Shown here: positions 27,825 through 36,935 of the stretch, piece by piece
How the letters are laid out: each line of letters starts with the position of its first letter
Numbering within the stretch: position 1 is the first letter of the stretch
Source: a virus
Lineage: Duplodnaviria > Caudoviricetes
Length of the DNA stretch: 44,338 bases
Reading direction: 5' to 3' (one strand)
Virus record (IMG/VR): IMGVR_UViG_3300034032_000018
Coordinates: 1-44,338 of that record
The notes under the pieces: generated by a model
Told to the model about the DNA's origin: nothing
Seen by the model: the letters and a program-made list of their open reading frames with translations, nothing else
Databases searched by the model: none
Position numbers and translations under genes: made by a program

Positions 27825-30800
27825 GTGACGATTGGCTACGGCACCCTTGGCTCGGCCCAGGCCAAGGCCAGCGGCACCTCGCTGACGATCACCACGACCG
27901 AGGCGGTGCCCAAGGGCGCCACGGTCATCGTGCGGTACGGCTTCGACAACAACGCCGCCGGCAGCGCCACCGCGAGCGCTCCCGCAGCGGGCACGCTGAC
28001 CTGCTCGACGACCGGCGCCGTCACGGGCGCCACGGTGCGTGCCACGATGAGCAGCGGCTCGGCGTCCGCTGCGGGCGTCAGCCTCAACATCTGGACCTTC
28101 GTCGCGGGCGTCGTCATCCCCGCGGGCGCGACGATCACGGTCACCATCGCCGCTGCGGTCGTCGCTCGAGCAGCATCGGCAGCCTGGATCGGCGCCACCT
28201 GGGCGGCAACGAGCAGCGCCCGTGCGACGACTGGCACCGGCTCGGTCAGCGCCACGCCGACCGCGGCGACGCAGGCTGCGGTCGCCACGATCTGCGGCGA
28301 GGACAACCAGGCGCAGGCGTTCGGGCAGGTCGTCGGCTGGGACACCGGCATCCAGGTCGGCACCACGGGCGGCACCGCCAACACGAACGTCGTGCTGATC
28401 TCGGCGCGCAAGATGATCGTCGGCGCGACCACGGCGCAGACCTACAACCCCAGCGGCGTCTACGCGGGCGGCGACTGGACCGCCTCCATGCTGCTGTTCA
28501 ATGACACCAGCCCGTCGGTCTCGGCGCTCTCGCCGACGTCTGCGTCGAACGCGGCGCCGGTCACCATCACGATCACGGGCGCCAACTTCACTGACGTGAC
28601 CGGCGTGATGCTCGACAGCACCCCGGCGACCAGCTACACGGTCAACTCGACGACGCAGATCACCGCGACCTTCCCGGCCAACATGCCGGGCGGGGTCAAG
28701 AGCCTCGTGGTCACGGCTCGCGGCTCGTGGTCGAACGGCGACCCCTTCACCGTCGTCGGCCAGGTCTTCAACCTCGTGCCCGCCGACGCCTTCCACGAGC
28801 ACCACGCCGACACCACGACGATTGTCGATGCGGGCCCGCCGCCCGCCGACGCCTACCTCGCCGCCGTGCTCGCCGACGCGCCTCTGGCGTACTGGCGCCT
28901 GAGCGGAGACGCCCTCGACGAGGTCAGCACGCACCACGGCACTTTCACGGCCCTCGAGGGCTGGGGTCCGACGACCGACGCTCCCGGTCTGGCTGGCGGC
29001 ACCGACACCGCTCGCTACTTCCCGCGAGAGACGGGAGTGGCGGTCCCGCACGCCGCGGCGCTGAACCTCAAGACAGCGACCGGATGGACCGTCGAGTTCA
29101 TCGCCAAGCCTGACGACCCGCAGGTCTACGCCTACCCGTCCTTCCTGCGGAAGGGCAACGCCACCATCGACGGCTGGCTGTTCTACTACGCCCTGCCGGC
29201 GGATCCCACCGTCCGCAGCCTCGTCCTCAAGGTCCCCGGCTTCGAGGATGGCGCGCAGCTCGGCGTCGTCCCCGGCGTTGCACACCACTACGCGGTCACG
29301 CAGACCACCGACGGTGTGCTGCGCTTCTACCGCGACGGTGTGCTGCTGCGGACGCTAGGTCCGGTCACGATCAACAGCACGACCGTCGCGGAGTTGACCC
29401 TCGCCAACGGTGACGCCTCGCTGCAGGGCGTCATGGACGAGGTCGCGATCTACCCGACCGCGCTGTCCGAGGCGCGGCTGCTGGCTCACCACCAGGCACG
29501 CACGGCGTCGCCCACGCCGGTCGTGCACAACCTCGTCCCCGACGACGCCCTGCACGCCACGCGAGCCGACACGACGTCGCTCACCCAGCAGCACGCACTG
29601 AGCCCGGTCGACGCGCTCCACATTCACCGCGCCGACGCGACGACGCAGACGCAGCGCCACTCCTTCGTCCCGGTCGACGCCTTCCACGAGCACCGCGGGG
29701 ACACCTCGCTGCTCACGCAGGGCCACGTCTTCGCGCCCACCGACGCCCGACACAGCCACATCGCCGACGCCGCCGCGATGACGCAGCAGCACGCCCTGGC
29801 GCCACGGGACGCCGACCACGCACACCGCGCCGACGCTGCGTCGATCACCCAGGCGCACGTCCTTGTCCCGACCGACGTCTCGCACCCGCACACAGCGGAC
29901 TCCGTGGCGCTCACGGGCACGCACAGCCTGAGCCCGGTCGATGCGCGGCACGAGCACCGCGCTGACGTCGCAAGCCTCGCCATCACGCACAACCTCGCGC
30001 CGGTCGACACCCGCCACGAGCACCGTGCCGATGCGACGACGCAGACCGGCGTGCACCTGCTGAGCCCTGACGACACCCGGCACGAGCACGTCGCGGACGA
30101 GTCGGCGGTCGACGACGCGCTGCCGTCCCTGTCGACGCTCGTCGACCCGTTCGACGTCGAGCGCACCGACCTCTGGGACGGCTACGACCAGCCCGAGATC
30201 TCAGTGGTCGACGGACAGCTGGAGATCGTCAGGACCGCTGCCTACGCCGGCATGGGTGCGCGACGCTCCTACGGGCCCGGTCGCTTCGAGGTCCGCGTGC
30301 CCAACGTGGCCCACGAGGTCGCCCAGATGGACACCGGCATCGAGGTCCACATCGCTCTCGCCAACCACACGATCTTCGTCGAGTCCTACATGCTCTACGC
30401 CGGTCACACGGGCGCCTTCGTCATCACCTCGGCGTACGACCCCGTCCGCGACGCCTTCTGGTGCATCGACGTCGATGACGCCGGCATGGTCACCTACCAG
30501 ACCAGCCCCGATGGCGTGACGTGGCAGACGATCCACGCAGAGACCGAGCCGGTCGACGTCTCCGAAGGGTTGTGGCCTGTCTTCTCCGCGGGCTTCTGGG
30601 TCGACCCTGGCGTGCGCTCCGTGGCGCGCTACGGCGCCGTCAACGTCCACGAGGCGGCGGTCGTCTACGACCTCGTCCCCGACGATGCAACGCACCCGCA
30701 CCGCACGACGACGTCGGCGCTGAGCCAGGACCACGCGCTCGCGCCCGACGACGCCCACCACGAGCACGTCGCGGACGAGACGACGTCAACCGGCGTGCAC

Positions 30801-31835
30801 ACGCTGGTGCCGGTCGACGCTTCGCACAGCCACACCGCAGATGTGACCGTGGCGACCGGCACGCACATCCTGGCACCCGCCGACGCCCGGCACGAGCACA
30901 TCGCCGACACGACGACGTCAGGACAGATCCACAACCTTGCGCCACGCGACGCGCAGCACAGCTCTACGGCGGATCCTTCGTCGCTGACGCAGGTGCACAA
31001 CCTCGTCCCCACCGACGCGAGCCACCCGCACCACGCCGAGACCACGTCGATGACCGGCGAGGGCACGGTGTTCCCCGAGGACGCTCGCCACGAGCATCGG
31101 GCGACCGAGTCGGCGCTGACCCAGGTCCACGTCCTGACGCCCAGCGACGCCCGCCACGAGCACCGCGCCGACAGCGCCGGCCTGGGCCAGGCGCAGGAGT
31201 TGCAGCCCGACGACGCTCGCCACGAGCACACCGCGGACACCAGCAGCATGGGTGCGACGCACTTCCTGACGCCGACCGACGCCCGGCACAGCCACACCGC
31301 GGACTCGACCGAGGCGACGCAGGCGCACGCACTGGCGCCGCGGGACGCCGCGCACCCGTCGCGGGCCGACGCCTCGGCGCTGACGCAGGTGCACAACCTC
31401 GAGCCTCGCGATGCGCGCCACGAGCACCGCGCTGACACAGCACTGGCGAGCCTCATCTCGTTCTTCCAGCCCAGCGACGCCTTCCACGCTGTACGGGCCT
31501 CTGCCGCGTCGGCCACCCAGGTACACCGCCTGAGCCCCGAAGACGCCGCTGTGGCCCACACAGCCCGTGCCACGTCGCTGTCCGTCGAGTACCTGCTGAG
31601 CCCCGACGACGCCCGGCACGAGCACCACGCCGATCCGAGCGCCGCCTTCTCCGGTCGCCTCGCCATGCCGGTCGGTCGGACCCACGTCGTGCCTGCCGAG
31701 ATCCGCGTCGTGCACGTCCCCGAGGACGTCCGTCGACTGGTCGAGCTGCCCGAGTGGCGCCGCGTCACGGTGCCCGTCGAGGAGCGCGTGCTCGTCGTGG
31801 CAGGCGAGACACGCACGGAGCGTGTTCGGCCCTAG
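27825..31835 (+). CDS. large fibre-like protein: IPT/TIG, LamG-like and lectin-like domains plus His-rich 22-aa repeats
   Basis: SALSPTS...VTITITGANFT...TVNSTTQITAT (IPT/TIG); YLAAVLADAPLAYWRL...GVMDEVAIYPTALS (LamG-like); tandem repeats. Confidence 0.75.
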   Translation: MTIGYGTLGSAQAKASGTSLTITTTEAVPKGATVIVRYGFDNNAAGSATASAPAAGTLTCSTTGAVTGATVRATMSSGSASAAGVSLNIWTFVAGVVIPAGATITVTIAAAVVARAASAAWIGATWAATSSARATTGTGSVSATPTAATQAAVATICGEDNQAQAFGQVVGWDTGIQVGTTGGTANTNVVLISARKMIVGATTAQTYNPSGVYAGGDWTASMLLFNDTSPSVSALSPTSASNAAPVTITITGANFTDVTGVMLDSTPATSYTVNSTTQITATFPANMPGGVKSLVVTARGSWSNGDPFTVVGQVFNLVPADAFHEHHADTTTIVDAGPPPADAYLAAVLADAPLAYWRLSGDALDEVSTHHGTFTALEGWGPTTDAPGLAGGTDTARYFPRETGVAVPHAAALNLKTATGWTVEFIAKPDDPQVYAYPSFLRKGNATIDGWLFYYALPADPTVRSLVLKVPGFEDGAQLGVVPGVAHHYAVTQTTDGVLRFYRDGVLLRTLGPVTINSTTVAELTLANGDASLQGVMDEVAIYPTALSEARLLAHHQARTASPTPVVHNLVPDDALHATRADTTSLTQQHALSPVDALHIHRADATTQTQRHSFVPVDAFHEHRGDTSLLTQGHVFAPTDARHSHIADAAAMTQQHALAPRDADHAHRADAASITQAHVLVPTDVSHPHTADSVALTGTHSLSPVDARHEHRADVASLAITHNLAPVDTRHEHRADATTQTGVHLLSPDDTRHEHVADESAVDDALPSLSTLVDPFDVERTDLWDGYDQPEISVVDGQLEIVRTAAYAGMGARRSYGPGRFEVRVPNVAHEVAQMDTGIEVHIALANHTIFVESYMLYAGHTGAFVITSAYDPVRDAFWCIDVDDAGMVTYQTSPDGVTWQTIHAETEPVDVSEGLWPVFSAGFWVDPGVRSVARYGAVNVHEAAVVYDLVPDDATHPHRTTTSALSQDHALAPDDAHHEHVADETTSTGVHTLVPVDASHSHTADVTVATGTHILAPADARHEHIADTTTSGQIHNLAPRDAQHSSTADPSSLTQVHNLVPTDASHPHHAETTSMTGEGTVFPEDARHEHRATESALTQVHVLTPSDARHEHRADSAGLGQAQELQPDDARHEHTADTSSMGATHFLTPTDARHSHTADSTEATQAHALAPRDAAHPSRADASALTQVHNLEPRDARHEHRADTALASLISFFQPSDAFHAVRASAASATQVHRLSPEDAAVAHTARATSLSVEYLLSPDDARHEHHADPSAAFSGRLAMPVGRTHVVPAEIRVVHVPEDVRRLVELPEWRRVTVPVEERVLVVAGETRTERVRP
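29523..30116 (+). repeat. 9 x 66-bp coding repeats (xHxLxPxDAxHxHxAD)
   Basis: Counted from the translation. Confidence 0.9.
30663..31652 (+). repeat. 15 x 66-bp coding repeats (same unit)
   Basis: Counted from the translation. Confidence 0.9.
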
Positions 31836-31873
31836 ACTGGGCGTTACCACACCCACATCAGGAGGACGCCGTC

Positions 31874-32257
31874 ATGGCGAAGTACACCGACGACTACGTC
31901 CTGGACGGCTCTGCGCTGCGCGTCGCCGAGGGCAACGAGCTCCGCATCTGCGCCGGACAGCCGACCTCCTTCGCCGACTCCACCACGCGCCGCCTCGGCA
32001 GCATCGCCATGACGCCGGGCACGGGCGGCGGCGACTACTCGCTGGCGAACGGCGACGTCAACGGGCGCAAGGTCACCGTGGCGGCACAGACGGGGATCGC
32101 CGTGGCGACCACGGGCACCGCTGACCACGTCGCCATCGTGGACACCGTCAACAGCCGGCTGCTCCACGCCACCACGATGCCCTCGCAGACCGTCACGGCG
32201 GGCAACACGGCGAACACCGCTGCGTGGGACGCCGAGTTCGGCGACGTGACGCCCTAG
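31874..32257 (+). CDS. putative fibre-associated structural protein (127 aa)
   Basis: AGGAGG RBS, ATG 31874; Thr/Gly/Ala-rich beta protein. Confidence 0.65.
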   Translation: MAKYTDDYVLDGSALRVAEGNELRICAGQPTSFADSTTRRLGSIAMTPGTGGGDYSLANGDVNGRKVTVAAQTGIAVATTGTADHVAIVDTVNSRLLHATTMPSQTVTAGNTANTAAWDAEFGDVTP

Positions 32258-32259
32258 CC

Positions 32260-32547
32260 ATGGCGGGCTCCTTCAAGAAGGACCCGAGCGCGATCCTCGA
32301 CTACGGCTTCGACTGGACCGCGTGGCTCGGCGCCGACACCATCGCGGTGTCGGACTGGACTATCGCCGGTCCCGACACCTCGCTGACCCTGACGCCGGAC
32401 CGCCCCGTCCAGGCCGACGCGCACTCGACGCTGTGCTGGCTCCATGGCGGGACCGCGGGGGTCACCTACGACCTGACGAACCGAGTCACGACCGTCGGCG
32501 GGCGGGTCGACGACCGCACCGTCAAGATCGTCGTCGTCCAGAAATGA
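32260..32547 (+). CDS. putative fibre-tail adaptor protein
   Basis: KDPSAILDYGFDWTAWL...WLHGGTAG..Y..TNRVTT.GGR.DDRT pattern of small phage fibre adaptors. Confidence 0.7.
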   Translation: MAGSFKKDPSAILDYGFDWTAWLGADTIAVSDWTIAGPDTSLTLTPDRPVQADAHSTLCWLHGGTAGVTYDLTNRVTTVGGRVDDRTVKIVVVQK

Positions 32548-32548
32548 T

Positions 32549-32803
32549 CTAGGGGGCACATGATCGTTTGCCCCCTAGCCCCCCATTCTGGGCCATCGTG
32601 CCCCCAAGATCATCATGCCTCTGACCTGCGAAGATAGGCCGGATGATCTACGAGGGGGCACAGGGGGCAGCGAAATCAACTCGGCTCCATACGTCATGCG
32701 ATAGCGATGTGAAATCCGTGCCCCCACCTGCCCCCAAGATCGCCTGGACTGCATAACCGCAGGCCAGAGGGGGTGCGCCGTGGGGGCACAGCACTGTGCC
32801 CCC
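32549..32803. repeat. non-coding array of nine GGGGGCA/TGCCCCC heptamers in both orientations (origin-like)
   Basis: GGGGGCA at 32552, 32654, 32663, 32782; TGCCCCC at 32569, 32599, 32719, 32729, 32797. Confidence 0.85.
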
Positions 32804-32849
32804 TTGATCATCCGGGGCAGGGCGTCACTCACAGCTCCCCGTTGGTTAC

Positions 32850-32880
32850 TTGACAGCGCTCTGTCAGCATGTGATACCCT
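32850..32880 (+). promoter_or_regulatory. putative promoter with TGACAG-N4-CTGTCA palindrome upstream of the T4SS-like operon
   Basis: TTGACA 32850-32855 and TACCCT 32875-32880 (19-nt spacer); palindrome 32851-32866. Confidence 0.55.
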
Positions 32881-32906
32881 CGGGTCACCCCACCGAGAGG
32901 ACGAGG

Positions 32907-33191
32907 ATGCTCCCCGAGATCACTGTGCTGGCGCTGACGGCGCCTGGCACCTTCAACCCGAGCGCGACCGTCACCATCGTGCGGACGCTGCTCATCGCCG
33001 GCGTCTCCGTGGCGCTGGTCTGGATCAGCCTCGCCACCCTGTTCGGCAGCGCCCGTCAGGGCAACAGCGGCAAGGTCGCCCGCGTGCTCGCGGCGGTCGT
33101 CCTCGCGCTCGTGCCGCTCGTCATCGCCATCGGGATCGGCGCCTCGCAGTTCGGGACGTCCATCTTCGGCTGGCTGTTCCCCGGCTTCTAG
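32907..33191 (+). CDS. pilin-like (VirB2-like) small membrane protein
   Basis: 94 aa, two hydrophobic helices with a short basic linker; first gene of the VirB4 operon; the call rests on topology and synteny. Confidence 0.6.
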   Translation: MLPEITVLALTAPGTFNPSATVTIVRTLLIAGVSVALVWISLATLFGSARQGNSGKVARVLAAVVLALVPLVIAIGIGASQFGTSIFGWLFPGF

Positions 33192-33194
33192 GCC

Positions 33195-34043
33195 GTGCAG
33201 CGCTCAGACTCCCCAGCGCGCTCCGTCCCTGGCTACTGGCTGGGCGACCCGTCGGCTGGGTTCCGCTGGCCCTTCGATTGGACCTTCGCCGCATGGCGCG
33301 TCTGGGCCGGGCTCATCATCCCGCTCGCCTTCCTGCTGGTCTTCGCGATCCCCGCAGCCGCCCTGCTCGTCTTCGCGGCCTGGCGCTTCGGTGTACGGGG
33401 CCAGCCGCACATCCCGCAGGTCCGACACTCGTCGGGGCGCAACCTCACCGTCTACAGCGTGGCGGGCACCGTCCTGCTCGGCGCCTTCGCGGTGGCCCCG
33501 ACGACCGCTTGGCTGTTCCCGCTCTACTGGCCCGTCGCGCTGCTCGCGGCGCCGCTGGTCAGCGCGTACCTCACCAAGAAGCTCCGCCCGTTCTTCGACG
33601 ACATCAACACGCCGGTCTCCTACTGGACGTCGCTGCTGCCGCGCATCGCCCGCGGCCCCCGCGCCGCCCGCAAGACCTACGAGTACATCCCGCTCAGCGC
33701 CATGGAGCCCGGCATCGCTGCGCTCTCCGACCTCGAGTACCTCGCCCTGACCATCGACCCCCGAGAGGTGATCGTGAAGACTGCCAAGCCCAAGGCCCCG
33801 ACTCTGCAGTGGGACCAGTGGATGCCCACCGACATGCAGCGGGGTGCGAACACCCTCGCCTGGCTGAGCAGCCTCGGCGTCGGCACGGAGGTCACCGCAG
33901 GCAACGTGCTCCTCGTCAAGCGCGGCGACGTCGTCACCCAGGTGCGGCCCGGCGCCATCGTCGTGCAGATGGCTGACGGCGCGATCCACGCCATGACCGA
34001 CCACGCGTTCCGCGCCGAGTTCGACGTGGTGCACGGTGGCTAG
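33195..34043 (+). CDS. membrane protein in the VirB3/PrgI/TcpE position, with an extra soluble C-terminal domain
   Basis: Several TM segments; upstream of the VirB4-like ATPase. Confidence 0.55.
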   Translation: MQRSDSPARSVPGYWLGDPSAGFRWPFDWTFAAWRVWAGLIIPLAFLLVFAIPAAALLVFAAWRFGVRGQPHIPQVRHSSGRNLTVYSVAGTVLLGAFAVAPTTAWLFPLYWPVALLAAPLVSAYLTKKLRPFFDDINTPVSYWTSLLPRIARGPRAARKTYEYIPLSAMEPGIAALSDLEYLALTIDPREVIVKTAKPKAPTLQWDQWMPTDMQRGANTLAWLSSLGVGTEVTAGNVLLVKRGDVVTQVRPGAIVVQMADGAIHAMTDHAFRAEFDVVHGG

Positions 34044-34230
34044 CGCGGGGCGTGAGCAGACACCAACGTGGCCGCGTGTCCTCGACAACCCGAAGGCGTG
34101 CGGTGCACCGAAGAAGTCCAGGTGGGGCTACCTGCCCTGCGGCTGCACCCACAACGGCTACGGCGGTCACATGTACAACCGCGTGCCGACTGCCGACGCC
34201 AACTCCTCGACATCAGAGGTGGCGCGATGA
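34036..34230 (+). CDS. small Cys/His-containing hypothetical protein (64 aa)
   Basis: Overlaps both neighbours (ATGA at 34227-34230); C...CGCTHNG..GH. Confidence 0.5.
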   Translation: MASAGREQTPTWPRVLDNPKACGAPKKSRWGYLPCGCTHNGYGGHMYNRVPTADANSSTSEVAR

Positions 34231-36935
34231 GCCTCATCGACCGGATCCGCAAGCCGATCCACTCCGACCCCGCGCCGCACACCCGGCAGTTCTTCGACAA
34301 CCTGCTCGTCACGACGCAGGGTCGGGTGTTCGCGGGCTTCCGCATGGGCGACGTCCGCTGGGACTACACCGGCACCGAGGCCAAGGCCCGCACGCTGGAT
34401 CAGGTCCAGGACGGCTGGGCGCTGCTCGAGGGCACGCCGTACCACGAGCGCGTCACGACCCGTCCGCACCCGGTCGAGCACTGGGCAGCGCGCCTCGACG
34501 CCCGCACGCCGAACCCGCTGCCGGACGTGCACCTCTGCGAGCGCTTCAAGTTCTCCGACGAGGAGCTCAGCAGCGGAGCGTGCGGCTGCTACACCTGGAA
34601 CGCGCACCTGAGCGCCATGCAGCGCCGCATCGCGCAGACCGGGCAGGACGACAAGGTCGTCTTCCGCTACTTCCTCGTCGGCGACGTCGGGGGCATCGAC
34701 CTGCGCGCCGAGGCGCTGGGCATGCGCTGGGACGGCAAGCGCCCGTCAGACTCCGCTCGCGCCGTCTTCCAGCGCGCCAAGGAGATCGCCGACGCGGTCA
34801 CCGGGCCTGGCTGGGAGGCCCGCCGCATGACCGAGCGCGAGCAGGAGTGGCTGCGGCACCGCTCGCTGGGGATCGCCCTGCCTGCGCCACGGCTCACCGC
34901 CACCGGCAACGTCGGGTGGAGCGGCACCGACCTGCCTGCGCTCGCCACGGACATCCGGTGGGTCGAGCAGCCCTTCGACCGCAACGTGCGCCTCGTGGGA
35001 TGGCGCGACGGCAAGCAGATCGAGCGCGTCGTGCAGGTGCTGACCCTCGCGCTCGACCCCGGCACGCTCGACTACCCGAACAACGGGCTCGAGCCGTGGA
35101 TGGTCTACGCGGAGCGCGCCGTCGACCTCGACGGACGCCCCATCGGTGCGGAGTGGAGCGTCAACGGGCGCATCGCCACGGGCGAGGAGCTCAAGGCTCA
35201 GGCCGAGTTGGACCTGAGAAGGTCGCTGCACCTGGAGAAGGACTACCGCGACTTCAACGAGCCGCCTCGCGAGGACATCGCCCGCGGAATCATGCGCGCC
35301 AAGGAGGTCCGCGACGAGGTCGGCAAGCCGGCTCGCATCAGCGCCCGCTTCGTCGGCACCGTCAACATGGTCGTGTGGGGCGAGACCGCCTACCTCGACG
35401 GCAAGGTCGTCAAGACCGCCGAGGAGGTCGCGGAGGAACGCGCTGCCTCCATGACGCGCCTCTACGCGGGTGCCGACATGGGCTTCCACTTCGTCACCCC
35501 GCACGGCCAGGCTGCGAAGCTCGCCGAGTTCGTGCCGGGCGAGTACGAGGTCTGGGACAAGGTCGGCTACCAGCGCCAGTGGCCGCTCGACTTCCACTCG
35601 ACCGCGCTGCCGAACGTCTCGACGTCGGTCGGCGACGGGCACGGCCCCTACATGGGTCCGACCCGTGGCGCGGCCAAGCGCCCGACCTTCCACGACAGCC
35701 ACTACGCCACCGAGGGCCGCTCGACCGGGCGTGGGCAGAACATGTGGCTCTGGATCTCCACGCTCGGCGGCGGCAAGACGGTCGGCTGCGTCGGCTCGGT
35801 CGGCTACAACGCCGTCCGGCGCGGCATCCGCACGCTGGTCAGCGACCCGTCCGGCCCGACCCTGGCGCTCACCCGGCTGCCCGAGCTGGCCCCGTACAGC
35901 AATGGGTTCAACCTGCTCAAGGGCGAGGCGGGCATCCTCAACCCGCCGTCGCTCGTGCGTGACCCGATCCGCGAGGAGTTCGAGGTCGACGACGACGGCG
36001 AGCGGCGCGACCCCGACGAGGTCGACGACCACTTCTCACGCGCACGCGTGCTCGCCATGGGACGTCGTGAGTCCCTGGTGCGCGACGTGGCCCGTCGCAT
36101 GCTCGAGGCTGACCTCTACGACCACCCGCAGACACGCCGGGCCCTGCGCGACGCCGCACGCGGCACCGTGTGGACCCGTGAGCGGACCATGTGGGACCTC
36201 GTGGACCGCCTGCTGCAGGGCGACGAGCACTCCCGCGACGTCGGCGAGGTGCTGCGGGACGCCTCGGACCTGCCCCGGCTCAACCTGCTGTTCGCGCCGC
36301 GCACCGAGGGCGGGGACTTCATCACGAGCGGGCTCAAGCGTGCCGTGTTCACCGTCGTCGCGACGCCGGGCGTCAAGCGCGCACCAGACTCCAAGGCCCG
36401 CGCCGACTGGGATCAGGAAGAGCTCAGCGCCGACGCGGTCACCTACCTCACCGGCCTCTACACCGGCAGGGAGGTCTACGACAAGCCGATGGACGAGCGC
36501 GCCGTCTTCATCGCCGACGAGGCCGAGACGCTGACCGACGGCGCCATGGGCAACGCGTTCCTGTCGACGCTGGGCCGCGACCACTCCAAGTGGAACATCG
36601 AGGCCCACCTGCTGCTCAAGAACCTCAACGAGGTCGTCATGCAGCGCGAGATCCTCAACTTCATCGCGGGCGTCTGGATCGGTCGCATGGCGAAGCTGGG
36701 CCCTGCGGAAGACCTCCTGGACACCCTCGGTTCCATCGACAGGGGCTACGCCAAGTCCCTGCTGCGCCTGAGCGAGCGGCGTCCCGGCGAGTTCGTCCAC
36801 GTCGATGCCGACAACCGCGTGGGCGGCATGGCGGTCGACCTCGGCTACATGCCGCACGTCCAGCGCGCCATCTTCACCACGCCGGACCCGACCGGGCACG
36901 GCGCGTGGGCCAGCAGCGAGGAGGTGCTCGGGTGA
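34227..36935 (+). CDS. virB4: VirB4-like conjugation ATPase (ConE/TcpF type, 902 aa)
   Basis: Walker A STLGGGKT, SDPSGP motif, Walker B VFIADEAE, RDHSKWN, GEFVHVD; long N-terminal region; flanked by membrane genes. Confidence 0.82.
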   Translation: MSLIDRIRKPIHSDPAPHTRQFFDNLLVTTQGRVFAGFRMGDVRWDYTGTEAKARTLDQVQDGWALLEGTPYHERVTTRPHPVEHWAARLDARTPNPLPDVHLCERFKFSDEELSSGACGCYTWNAHLSAMQRRIAQTGQDDKVVFRYFLVGDVGGIDLRAEALGMRWDGKRPSDSARAVFQRAKEIADAVTGPGWEARRMTEREQEWLRHRSLGIALPAPRLTATGNVGWSGTDLPALATDIRWVEQPFDRNVRLVGWRDGKQIERVVQVLTLALDPGTLDYPNNGLEPWMVYAERAVDLDGRPIGAEWSVNGRIATGEELKAQAELDLRRSLHLEKDYRDFNEPPREDIARGIMRAKEVRDEVGKPARISARFVGTVNMVVWGETAYLDGKVVKTAEEVAEERAASMTRLYAGADMGFHFVTPHGQAAKLAEFVPGEYEVWDKVGYQRQWPLDFHSTALPNVSTSVGDGHGPYMGPTRGAAKRPTFHDSHYATEGRSTGRGQNMWLWISTLGGGKTVGCVGSVGYNAVRRGIRTLVSDPSGPTLALTRLPELAPYSNGFNLLKGEAGILNPPSLVRDPIREEFEVDDDGERRDPDEVDDHFSRARVLAMGRRESLVRDVARRMLEADLYDHPQTRRALRDAARGTVWTRERTMWDLVDRLLQGDEHSRDVGEVLRDASDLPRLNLLFAPRTEGGDFITSGLKRAVFTVVATPGVKRAPDSKARADWDQEELSADAVTYLTGLYTGREVYDKPMDERAVFIADEAETLTDGAMGNAFLSTLGRDHSKWNIEAHLLLKNLNEVVMQREILNFIAGVWIGRMAKLGPAEDLLDTLGSIDRGYAKSLLRLSERRPGEFVHVDADNRVGGMAVDLGYMPHVQRAIFTTPDPTGHGAWASSEEVLG

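Noticed and set aside
29523-31652. 66-bp periodic repeats as a possible CRISPR array
   Set aside because: They are degenerate in-frame coding repeats with no constant repeat plus unique spacer structure, and no cas genes are present
32549-32820. Heptamer region as an attP site or terminal inverted repeat of an inserted ICE/IS
   Set aside because: No integrase or transposase is present and I found no matching copy at the other end of the operon (about 40.2 kb); not fully excluded
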